In this document: positions 26,750 through 35,789 of the stretch, one piece after another
How the letters are laid out: each line of letters begins with the position of its first letter
Numbering within the stretch: position 1 is the first letter of the stretch
NCBI GenBank assembly: GCA_964567575.1
Contig: CAZMMZ010000009.1
Coordinates: 1-49,384 of the forward strand
Reading direction: 5' to 3'
Source: Candidatus Undinarchaeota archaeon
Lineage (GTDB): Archaea; Undinarchaeota; Undinarchaeia; Undinarchaeales; UBA543
DNA length: 49,384 bases
The notes under the pieces: generated by a model
Told to the model about the DNA's origin: nothing
The model's database searches: none
The model's input: the letters and a program-made list of their open reading frames with translations, nothing else
Translations under genes and position numbers: made by a program

Positions 26750-27088
26750 ATGATTGGAAAAAAAGTTATAAATCAAGAACCTGTGCCTTTGGCAGAGGTC
26801 AAAGAACTCATAGCTAAAAAAAAGAAAGCTGGCGAGCTTAGCTACGAGCAAAATCTCACTCTTGAATATTGTAAGAAATTTTCAAAACTTTCTATTAAAG
26901 ATGGTGCGACGCTTATTGAAGAGCTGGTCCAGCTCGACAAGCTCAGCAAAGAAAATGCAATAGAGCTTGCCGATTTGCTACCAAAAACTTCTGATGAAGT
27001 GAAATTAGTTTTTGCAAAGGAGCATTTCGTTCTAAGTGACGAAGATGTTACGTCAATTTTGGATATTCTAAGTAAATACCGGAAGTAA
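26750..27088 (+). CDS. rpo4: RNA polymerase subunit Rpo4 (RpoF)
   Basis: ELSYEQ..TLEY..KFSKL, LADLLP.T.DEVKLVF. Confidence 0.93.
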   Translation: MIGKKVINQEPVPLAEVKELIAKKKKAGELSYEQNLTLEYCKKFSKLSIKDGATLIEELVQLDKLSKENAIELADLLPKTSDEVKLVFAKEHFVLSDEDVTSILDILSKYRK

Positions 27089-27093
27089 ATACA

Positions 27094-27813
27094 ATGCCTT
27101 CTGAAGAAAATGCTATTGTTCTCGACTACTTGTCCGAAGGAAGAGTGGACAGTAATACCCCGGGGTATAAACGAGAGAAGCGAATAGCCCAAGTTCTTGG
27201 AACTGATTTCTTTTCACTTTTAGAAGTTTCACTTAGAGAGGAGCAGAACACCGCTGCTGGTGAAGAACTTTATATTGGAAAAAGCACTCGAGAAAAAGTT
27301 CATCATATTATCAGAAAGCTAAATTACAAGGATTTGACTTCAACTGCTAAAGTTGAACTTGATTTTACTCTTGACAAACTTGTTAATGACAAAGAATCTG
27401 CATTTGTGAAATGGTTTAATGAGTGCGGTTCATTAACTACTCGTTTGCACAGATTAGAACTTCTTCCAGGTGTTGGCAAAAAGCATATGTGGGAAATTAC
27501 TGAAACACGACAACAGAAACCATTTGCAAGCTATGCTGATATTGCTGAGCGAGTAAAATTATTGCCAGATCCTCAGAAATTAATTATTAAAAGAATTATT
27601 TGGGAACTGCAAGGTGAAGACGATAAGAAAAAACAGATTAAATACAAGATCTTTGTAGGTATTCCTCTTTCTTCAGCTGGTGAAGAAGTTTCTGAAACAG
27701 AGGGTGTCAAAACAATTGTTGAAGAACCAAAACTTGAGAAAAAGAAGAAGAAACAAACTGAAGATCAAGTTAAATCTGATGTTGATGCTTACAGAGCATT
27801 AATGGACGGATAA
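27094..27813 (+). CDS. DUF655 family putative nucleic-acid-binding protein
   Basis: VLDYL..G, AQ.LG..FF.LLE, RLHRLELLPGVGKK HhH, PF.S..DI..RV. Confidence 0.92.
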   Translation: MPSEENAIVLDYLSEGRVDSNTPGYKREKRIAQVLGTDFFSLLEVSLREEQNTAAGEELYIGKSTREKVHHIIRKLNYKDLTSTAKVELDFTLDKLVNDKESAFVKWFNECGSLTTRLHRLELLPGVGKKHMWEITETRQQKPFASYADIAERVKLLPDPQKLIIKRIIWELQGEDDKKKQIKYKIFVGIPLSSAGEEVSETEGVKTIVEEPKLEKKKKKQTEDQVKSDVDAYRALMDG

Positions 27814-27851
27814 AAGACTTTATATTGTTCGTCTTCTACTATTTTTATAAA

Positions 27852-29996
27852 ATGGCTGGAATTAAATCTCTCAAGAAAAAACTCAAAAAATTATACGAAA
27901 AAAAGCAAGAGGGAGATATTAGTCTCGAAATTAATAAAAATCATACAGATCTTCTTAATACTGTTCTTGAGTATGCTCAAACAAAGAATGCAAAAAACAT
28001 ATCTTCAAATCCAAATACTATTTTTGATTTTGCCCTTTTTTATTATTTATTGTTTTATTTTACCCAACCTAATATATTATCCATTAAAAAAAAGAAAAAG
28101 AAAACGATATTTCTTTCACATGAATTTCACAAGAATTCAATTAAAAATATAATTACTGTTAATAAATATCTCTGGAATAATTATTCTTTCACGTTTAGTT
28201 TTAATGAAAGTGATAAACTTGGATCATTTGATATGTCCTTTTTTACTAAACCAATTTTTGATAATTCTGTTGTTCCAAAAGATGAAATGGATGTTTCTAA
28301 TCTTGATTATAAAAATATTAAAGGTTATTTTTTAGGTAGAGTTTTTTTAGCAATTAGTGATTATTTCTGGGAAGAAACAAGTGGATATTCTGGAGATGCT
28401 CCTCTTTCTGTGCGTGATAATGCAGAGAGTAAACAATTGGGATTTCGTGAACATAAATACGCGCTCCAAGCTTTACTTAAACAATATTTTGAATCTTCTG
28501 TGAGTGATTTTACTTTATCTTCTTTAATCCAACAATTTAGAAACAGTGATGAACCTGTTTGGATTTATGTAAGGGATTTTGCAAAGCGTTACTCAAAACT
28601 CATTCATGGTATTACTTGTGCTTCAATATTAATGGATAACAAAGAAAATAAGAAGAATTATGCTATTGATTTTGCTTCATCTTCTATAGTTATTAATGCA
28701 ATAAAACTGTGTGAAAATCAAATTGCAAAACTCTTAAAAAATAAAAAAGAATCAAAGTTTGTTTCTCTTATTTCCAAAATAGGGACGGTCTGTCATCAAT
28801 TGGATAATTTGGGTGAAAAACATGAATCAATTTCTGAAGATATGCTATATTCAGAAGAAAATCAGAAGGAATTATCTCGATTATATTCTCAATTATTAAA
28901 TCAATTTAATAAAGCTAATACCCAAAAGAATAATTCTGAAATAAAAGCAAGAAACCAGAGACTTATTGAAGACCTTTTTGTTGAAGCAGAACAATATGGT
29001 CTTGACAAAAATTGGGTTGAAAAACTAGATACATTCAAAAAAGTAAATCTTTTAAAAGAGTTTTCTGTTTTGAATTTAAAAGAAGAGTTTGGAACTAAAA
29101 TCAATATAATAAAAGATATCCGATCAGATTCTAATGATCGTTATCTATTAATTAAAAATATTTACAAATTGAAAAAAACATCAGTTCTGAAAGATGAATT
29201 GAAAAGTAATGATAGGGCAGCTAAAGAAATTTTAATTAAAATCCAAGAAGAGGTCAATATAAAAAAATTGGAAAAGCTTCTTGATGAACTTAATTTGTTA
29301 CAGGAGCATCAAAGAACTATGATTTCTCTTCTAAAGACTGGTAAAACAATTTATTCTACTATTGAAAAGAAATTAAAAGTACGAAAGAGTGCTGTTCTTC
29401 TGTATAAGAAAAAACCAACTTTTTTTGAGATTCTTAAAAAATATTCTTCCAATATGAAAGATATTGAAAAAGCTAATCATTTTGTTCATTATCTTTACTT
29501 ACTTTTTATTGAATATCCTACTTTCTTTTCAAATGACGAATTAGAATCACTTATACTAAAATTAAAAGAAGGGAAGTATCTTTTTGTTGCAAATAAAATT
29601 AGTAAGAAACTCAAATCTTTGGACAAGAAAGATGATAATATGGAAAAATTAGAGCAGACAATGGAAAATCTTAAAATTGGGAGCATAAATATAGCCAAAA
29701 CCTATTTGAAAAAGCTTAATCATACTCTTGTTGTTATGGGTAGTTCTAGGGATGAGGGAATTGAAAATGCATGGACTTTAGTAAATGGACGCTCTATCAA
29801 AATTACTAATGAACATAAACGAGCTACCTCACTTATCCGCTTAACAAGAGTTGGGGTTAATTCTCCTTACAATGAGTCAAAATCTACAGGTACAACCTTG
29901 AGGTATCTCATTTCTGATTCTGATGATCGTGAACGCTTACATCAATTACTTCTGCTTATGTTTTATTACAAAAAAGTTTATGGTGAGGGCGTATAA
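27852..29996 (+). CDS. Large Lys/Glu-rich hypothetical protein, paralog family member A
   Basis: Start set at ATG 27852 (MAGIKS), about 25 nt after a CTTTATAT box; C-terminal ~270 aa align with 35790-37913 and 37917-40034. Confidence 0.75.
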   Translation: MAGIKSLKKKLKKLYEKKQEGDISLEINKNHTDLLNTVLEYAQTKNAKNISSNPNTIFDFALFYYLLFYFTQPNILSIKKKKKKTIFLSHEFHKNSIKNIITVNKYLWNNYSFTFSFNESDKLGSFDMSFFTKPIFDNSVVPKDEMDVSNLDYKNIKGYFLGRVFLAISDYFWEETSGYSGDAPLSVRDNAESKQLGFREHKYALQALLKQYFESSVSDFTLSSLIQQFRNSDEPVWIYVRDFAKRYSKLIHGITCASILMDNKENKKNYAIDFASSSIVINAIKLCENQIAKLLKNKKESKFVSLISKIGTVCHQLDNLGEKHESISEDMLYSEENQKELSRLYSQLLNQFNKANTQKNNSEIKARNQRLIEDLFVEAEQYGLDKNWVEKLDTFKKVNLLKEFSVLNLKEEFGTKINIIKDIRSDSNDRYLLIKNIYKLKKTSVLKDELKSNDRAAKEILIKIQEEVNIKKLEKLLDELNLLQEHQRTMISLLKTGKTIYSTIEKKLKVRKSAVLLYKKKPTFFEILKKYSSNMKDIEKANHFVHYLYLLFIEYPTFFSNDELESLILKLKEGKYLFVANKISKKLKSLDKKDDNMEKLEQTMENLKIGSINIAKTYLKKLNHTLVVMGSSRDEGIENAWTLVNGRSIKITNEHKRATSLIRLTRVGVNSPYNESKSTGTTLRYLISDSDDRERLHQLLLLMFYYKKVYGEGV

Positions 29997-30805
29997 TGAA
30001 TTTATTAGAGCTTAAACAAATCCTCAAAGAAAACAATTTAACTACTCGCAAGTCTCTTGATCAGCATTTTCTATATGACGATTCAATTCTTAATCGAGAA
30101 GTTGAATATGCTGAAGTAACTGAATTAGATAATGTTCTTGAAATCGGTCCAGGTATTGGTACATTAACTAAAGCAATAGTTGAGAAAGCAGGAAGTACTA
30201 CTGTTATTGAACTTGACCAAAGCTTTAGGAAAGTTCTTGAAATAATTCCTGGAGTTTCTATTATAATTGGTGATGCGCTTGAAGTTGATTGGAAAAATCT
30301 TTCAGAAAATTATGAAGCTCCGCATTTTAATAAAATAATTTCAAATGTTCCTTATTCAATTTCTTCACCATTAATTTTTAAGATTCTCGAATATGGTCCA
30401 GCGCTATCGGTTTTGTGCTTGCAAAAAGAATTCGCAGAGCGGATGGTTGCAAAACCAAAAACAAAAAATTATTCTCGACTTACAGTTAATTGTTCTGTTC
30501 GCGCTGATGTTGAATTATTAGAAACAATTTCAAAAGAAGAATATTATCCAATTCCAAAAGTTGATTCTGCAATCGTTAAATTAATTCCGAAAAAAGTTGA
30601 GCTTCCTGAAAAATTTGATTCAATTGTCAGAGCAGCGTTCCAGCATAAAAATCAGAAATTGAAAAAAGCATTAATGCATTCGCATCATGAAATCGGGGAA
30701 AAGGACGAAGTTCAAAAATTTGTTGATAATCTTGGCGAAATTGGCGAGATAAAAGTATTTGAAATTAGTCCAGAAGAGTTTGTGCGGATTAGTAAAAAGT
30801 ATTAA
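29996..30805 (+). CDS. rsmA: 16S rRNA m6,2A dimethyltransferase RsmA/KsgA
   Basis: LDQHFL, VLEIGPGIGTLT, NVPYSISSP, P.PKVDSAIV. Confidence 0.96.
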   Translation: MNLLELKQILKENNLTTRKSLDQHFLYDDSILNREVEYAEVTELDNVLEIGPGIGTLTKAIVEKAGSTTVIELDQSFRKVLEIIPGVSIIIGDALEVDWKNLSENYEAPHFNKIISNVPYSISSPLIFKILEYGPALSVLCLQKEFAERMVAKPKTKNYSRLTVNCSVRADVELLETISKEEYYPIPKVDSAIVKLIPKKVELPEKFDSIVRAAFQHKNQKLKKALMHSHHEIGEKDEVQKFVDNLGEIGEIKVFEISPEEFVRISKKY

Positions 30806-31623
30806 ACCGGTTTTGCTATGCCATACCCTCTAAAGTTTTTTAATTTCAAATATACTCCATATTTACTACCTATCAAATGTTTGTATTCAAATCTTATTCC
30901 AAAATAAATATCCTCATCACTAATATTTACTGCACCTTTTGTTTGTATGTATGTATCTATAGAACTCTGTAAACTTTGTTGTTCATCTTCCTTTAATTTC
31001 ATATACGGTGGATAAAGGTCTTCCTTTGTTTTTACAATCCATTGTTTTTTCCCTTCTAAGGTTTTTTCTAAAAATTTATCATTTTCCTTTAAATCAATCA
31101 ATTTAATAATTATTTTATCTTTCCTCTGTTTTTCTATTATATTAAACAAGTATTGTTCTGAGGTATTAATTCTTATTTTATAATTCTCATCTTTTTTATA
31201 CGGTCTGTACTTAATTTTATTTATTCTGTTTTTTGGTATTCCTGTTGTCCAGTCAATCAAAACTTCCGGTTGATTATACTTTATTTTTTCTCTCCAATCT
31301 TCTGTAAACTCTTGTATACTTTCAATATACTTTTTATATTTATCAGGTTTTTTCTCTGGTCTTAACACATACAAATCCATATCTGCAATCGCAATTTTTC
31401 TATCATCTTCAACATCAATTTCAATTATTCGCTCTGGACGTCCAAAATATGAAAATGCAATCGATGGAAAAGCAAAAAGTGCATTGTCTGGTTTTACATA
31501 AGCATCTTTATCCAGTTCATTGCTCCTGTTCTTTCTTTTCTCATTTACAAAGAACTCATCATCTTTTAATTTCTTTATTTTTTCCCAATCATCTTTTGAA
31601 AGATGGTGATAAACTTTTACCAT
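30802..31623 (-). CDS. Hypothetical protein with putative ADP-ribosyltransferase-like N-terminal fold
   Basis: VYH N-terminal strand, LFAFP, IIEIDV, YNQPEVLI...IP..RI. Confidence 0.55.
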   Translation of the reverse strand: MVKVYHHLSKDDWEKIKKLKDDEFFVNEKRKNRSNELDKDAYVKPDNALFAFPSIAFSYFGRPERIIEIDVEDDRKIAIADMDLYVLRPEKKPDKYKKYIESIQEFTEDWREKIKYNQPEVLIDWTTGIPKNRINKIKYRPYKKDENYKIRINTSEQYLFNIIEKQRKDKIIIKLIDLKENDKFLEKTLEGKKQWIVKTKEDLYPPYMKLKEDEQQSLQSSIDTYIQTKGAVNISDEDIYFGIRFEYKHLIGSKYGVYLKLKNFRGYGIAKPV

Positions 31624-31693
31624 TGATTTTTTTATGTTTTTCTTTCTCTATAAACCTTTTTAAACCCGTATTCCCTACTGTTTTCGGGAGAAA

Positions 31694-32410
31694 ATGACTG
31701 AGCATAAGAAAGTTTTATTTGAAACACGGGGCGTATGGAAATCGTATGGTCACGGGGATAGTGCTACTCACGCACTTCAAGGTGTTGATCTGAAAATCAA
31801 TGAAGGGGATTACACTGCTCTTTTTGGTCCTTCTGGTTCTGGGAAAAGCACGCTTATGCATCTTATTGGCTGTTTAGATTCGCCTACAAAAGGGCAAGTT
31901 TTGTTTGATGGGCAAGACATCTCAAAACTTTCAGATGATGAACTTGCATTAATTCGAAGAAACAAACTTGGTTTTATTTTTCAGGCGTACAATTTAATTC
32001 CAGGATTGAATGCTATTGAAAATGTTTCAATTCCTATGCGATTTGCTGGCAAATCAATTATGGAAGCTGAAACACGGGCAAAAAAACTGTTGCGGGTTGT
32101 TGGTCTTGGGGATAGGATGGATCACAAACCAAATGAACTTTCTGGAGGTCAGCAGCAGCGCGTTGCAATTGCCCGCGCTTTAGTAAACGATCCTGATGTT
32201 ATTCTTGCTGATGAACCAACTGGAAACTTAGATACAAAAACAGGCGATGAAATTGTAGACCTTTTGCATGATTTGAACAAGAAAGAGGGAAAAACAATTA
32301 TCGTTGTAACTCACGATCCTGGCCTTGCTAAAAAGGTCAAGAAACAAATCCTGATTAAGGATGGAAATATAGTAAATGCCAAATCCAAAAAGGAGTGGTA
32401 TACTGTTTAA
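31694..32410 (+). CDS. ABC transporter ATP-binding protein (LolD/MacB type)
   Basis: [49 protein letters not shown]. Confidence 0.97.
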   Translation: MTEHKKVLFETRGVWKSYGHGDSATHALQGVDLKINEGDYTALFGPSGSGKSTLMHLIGCLDSPTKGQVLFDGQDISKLSDDELALIRRNKLGFIFQAYNLIPGLNAIENVSIPMRFAGKSIMEAETRAKKLLRVVGLGDRMDHKPNELSGGQQQRVAIARALVNDPDVILADEPTGNLDTKTGDEIVDLLHDLNKKEGKTIIVVTHDPGLAKKVKKQILIKDGNIVNAKSKKEWYTV

Positions 32411-32421
32411 GAGGTAAAAAA

Positions 32422-33567
32422 ATGAGAAAGCTGATATTAATTTCGTTGCTATTTGCAATAATACTTGCAGTTCCTGTAACTGCAAGCACAAGCCCTGAAC
32501 TAGTTATTGGTGGCGGGGTTGTTGAGAAAGTTGCTCAAGCTGGAGACACTATAAATTTACGTTTCACTGTTGAAAGCAAAGGATTGAGTTTATCAGATAT
32601 GTATTATGAATTAATTGCTGATTCTTCTGTATCTGGTTATTCAACTGGGAAAGTAAGTATGGGTGGTGTTACTGCTGGTGCAACTCGTTCTCTAAGACTT
32701 CCACTCCTTGTTTCAAGTACTGCAACAAATGGAGAGAAAGTAATTACTGTAAAGATATGGTATTCTGGTGGTTCACAATCTCCAGTTCAAAAAACTTTTA
32801 CTTTCAATGTTGGTAGTGATGTTTCTCTTTATCTTAGTAACATTCACTTCAACAAAGAACATATTGAACCAGGGAAAGATATTGAACTAAGGGCTGTTGT
32901 CACAAATGTTGGTGACAATCCTGCATATGATATCTTTGGAGATATTTTAGCTGATTCTGAATATATCAAACCAGTTCTTTCTGGTGGAGAGTTTTATGTA
33001 AGCGAACTTCTTCCTGGCGGATCTGCAGACTTTTTGTTTAATGTAAACATTGATGCTGATGCAGAAACGGAAACATACGATGCTTCAATTAATTTGACGT
33101 ACAAAGATGCTTTTGGAACAACAAATATAGAATCATTCAGTATTGGAATCCCAGTATCTGGAACTCCTCGCCTTGAAATTTTGAATACTGAAATTGATAA
33201 TTCAGATTTCAAAGTTGAAATGGAGAATCTAGGAACTGCAAAAGCCAAAGCAATTCGCATAACTTTAGAACAAAATGGAAAAGTTATTGGTGTTGAGATT
33301 GACAATGAACTCAAAGCAGACAAAGCATCTACTCTAAGGTTCAAAAACTTCAAACGTGGAACTGGACAAATTGTACTTCATTATCTTGACGCAAATAATA
33401 ACGAATATGATGAATCTATAGATGTTGAAGTTCCTGGAAGCAGTGGCAAAACCAGCAAATGGGCAGTTCTCTTCTTCTTTATAGCAGTTGGAGAGGGTTA
33501 CATCATATACCGAAATAAGAAAGGCAAGAAACCAATTCATGTCCCTTTCACAAAGAAATATTTGTAA
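32422..33567 (+). CDS. COG1361 S-layer-domain protein
   Basis: Start at MRKLIL after a GAGGT SD; signal peptide, repeated Ig modules (N.G...A..I), C-terminal TM. Confidence 0.8.
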   Translation: MRKLILISLLFAIILAVPVTASTSPELVIGGGVVEKVAQAGDTINLRFTVESKGLSLSDMYYELIADSSVSGYSTGKVSMGGVTAGATRSLRLPLLVSSTATNGEKVITVKIWYSGGSQSPVQKTFTFNVGSDVSLYLSNIHFNKEHIEPGKDIELRAVVTNVGDNPAYDIFGDILADSEYIKPVLSGGEFYVSELLPGGSADFLFNVNIDADAETETYDASINLTYKDAFGTTNIESFSIGIPVSGTPRLEILNTEIDNSDFKVEMENLGTAKAKAIRITLEQNGKVIGVEIDNELKADKASTLRFKNFKRGTGQIVLHYLDANNNEYDESIDVEVPGSSGKTSKWAVLFFFIAVGEGYIIYRNKKGKKPIHVPFTKKYL

Positions 33568-33581
33568 GGGGTATCAATTAA

Positions 33582-34682
33582 ATGATAGACCTAGTGCTGA
33601 AGGATATTCGCAGCCATAAGTTGCGCAGCTTTCTCACAGCGCTAGGTATAATCATTGCTATAACAACTATTGTTTCTTTAGGATCTATTTCTTCAGGAAT
33701 TAATAGTCTTGTTCAAGGACAATTGAATATTGTTTCTGGGAAAATTATTGTTACTGCAAGTGACGTGCAACCTGTTTCTGGTCCTCCATCTGGTGAAGTT
33801 GATCTTGAAATTGTTGAGGAGATAATGCAAATCTCTGGTGTTGAATCTGTTGCTGGTATGCGCCTTGAACAATGGGGTAGTTTTTTTATCAATGGTGCCG
33901 AGCTTGACAAACGAGAGTTTATTGGTCTTGGATCTGTCGAACTTGAGGAAGGGGATTGGCCTGAAGTTGGTACATATGATGTTACAATGGGTTATCATGC
34001 AAAAGAACAATATGGTCTAAATCTTGGTGATTCTATTACTGTTGAAGATGAGGATCTTAAAGTTGTTGGTCATCTTGAAGAAGTTGGTGGTTTCATTGAT
34101 TTTGGTCTTATAACTTCATGGACTACTCTCAATGAAATTTTTGGGGAAGAAGATTTCTTTACAATGGTTTTTGTTAAGCCACAAGATATTAGTAATCTTC
34201 AAGAAATTTCTGAACAAATAAAAGAAGAGTTTCCTGAATTATCAGTTGAGACATCTGATAGTGCTGCAGAGAGTGCGCAAGAAACAATAGGTCAATTTCG
34301 TTTGTTAACGCTTGGTATTGGTTTTATTGCAGCAATTGTTGCAATGTTTGGTATAATCAATACAATGGTTATGTCTGTTTCTGAGAAAAAGAAACAAATC
34401 GGAATTATGAAAGCAACTGGAGCAACACGCCGTCAGATAATGGTTCGCTTTTTTGAAGAAAGTCTTTTAATGGGTCTAAGTGGAAGTTTTGTTGGACTTT
34501 TATTAGGATTTCTTGGAACTTCAGGTCTCAATAATATACTTGGAATGAAAATGGCGCGAGTAACTCCTGGTCTTGCTTTTTTCAGTGTTTTATTCGCAAT
34601 GTCAATAACAATTATTGCAACAATCTATCCTGCTCGTAAAGCAGCCAGAATAGATCCAATATCTGCAATAAGGGGTAATTAA
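33582..34682 (+). CDS. ABC transporter permease (MacB/FtsX type)
   Basis: KLRSFLTALGIIIAI, INTMVMSVSEKKKQIGIMKATGA, YPARKAARIDPI.AIR. Confidence 0.94.
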   Translation: MIDLVLKDIRSHKLRSFLTALGIIIAITTIVSLGSISSGINSLVQGQLNIVSGKIIVTASDVQPVSGPPSGEVDLEIVEEIMQISGVESVAGMRLEQWGSFFINGAELDKREFIGLGSVELEEGDWPEVGTYDVTMGYHAKEQYGLNLGDSITVEDEDLKVVGHLEEVGGFIDFGLITSWTTLNEIFGEEDFFTMVFVKPQDISNLQEISEQIKEEFPELSVETSDSAAESAQETIGQFRLLTLGIGFIAAIVAMFGIINTMVMSVSEKKKQIGIMKATGATRRQIMVRFFEESLLMGLSGSFVGLLLGFLGTSGLNNILGMKMARVTPGLAFFSVLFAMSITIIATIYPARKAARIDPISAIRGN

Positions 34683-34683
34683 A

Positions 34684-35787
34684 ATGATGTGGGAAATGGT
34701 TCGCACACAACTTACACGGAATAAGCTAAGAACAGCTTTAACTATTGCAAGTATTTTTGTTGGAATTTTCTTACTCACTTCTATGGTTTCATTTTCAGAA
34801 GGTATGCGCGTTACTTTAGATGAAAACATGGGCGCGTTCTCTGGAGTTGTTACAATTATGGAAGAGGATTCTTCAATGATGGATCCATTTAGTAGTGAAC
34901 TTGATGATTCTTTAATTGCAGAAATCGAAGCTCTTGGTGATGTTGAAATGGCCAGGGGTATGACTATGGTGAGGGCGGATGCTGGGATGATTGGTGGTAT
35001 GGATGCTGATGCATGGGGTTTGTTTGGTCTAGATGTGGGTCTTAGTGATGGTGAATTTTATGATGATACTTCTGATAAAGAAATTGTTTTAGGTTCTACT
35101 TACGCAAAGAATAATAATTTAGTTGTTGGTGATGAAGTTACAATTTACAATAAGCGATATGAAGTTGTTGGAGTTCTGGAATCAATAGGTAGTTCAGGTG
35201 ATGATAGCAGTATCTACATGCCTCTAAAAGAGACTCAGAAAATCAGTGGGAAAGAAGATGTTGTTATGATGATTATGGCAAAGTCTGTAAATATTGATGA
35301 TACTGAAAATGTTGCTAATCAGATAATGGATGAGTTTGATGAGATTACTGCATTATCTGACAAGGAAATGATGCGTCAAATTCAGAGTCTTATGGGAACT
35401 ATTAATATTGCTATTTATGCCATTGGTTTAATTTCTTCAATTGTTGCTGGAATTGTTATTATGAATGTGATGTTCATGTCTGTTCAAGAGAGAACTACAG
35501 AAATTGGTGCAATGAAAGCACTTGGAGCAACAAACAAACAGGTTCTTTCTGAAATTATTACAGAATCTATAACTATGAGTGTTATTGGTGGGGTTCTTGC
35601 AATTCTGTTGAGTGTTATTATTGCGCAGAGTCTTAATTCTTATCTTGATACTCGATTAATGGCTGTTACTCTTCGTCTAATGATTATCTCATTATCATAC
35701 TCTATTTTCCTAGGTGTAATCGGTGGTTATATTCCTGCAAGACGCGCTGCGAAAATTAATCCAATAGAAGCTTTAAGGTACGAGTAA
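34684..35787 (+). CDS. ABC transporter permease (MacB/FtsX type)
   Basis: RNKLRTALT, MNVMFMSVQERTTEIGAMKALGA, PARRAAKINPIEALRYE. Confidence 0.94.
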   Translation: MMWEMVRTQLTRNKLRTALTIASIFVGIFLLTSMVSFSEGMRVTLDENMGAFSGVVTIMEEDSSMMDPFSSELDDSLIAEIEALGDVEMARGMTMVRADAGMIGGMDADAWGLFGLDVGLSDGEFYDDTSDKEIVLGSTYAKNNNLVVGDEVTIYNKRYEVVGVLESIGSSGDDSSIYMPLKETQKISGKEDVVMMIMAKSVNIDDTENVANQIMDEFDEITALSDKEMMRQIQSLMGTINIAIYAIGLISSIVAGIVIMNVMFMSVQERTTEIGAMKALGATNKQVLSEIITESITMSVIGGVLAILLSVIIAQSLNSYLDTRLMAVTLRLMIISLSYSIFLGVIGGYIPARRAAKINPIEALRYE

Positions 35788-35789
35788 GT

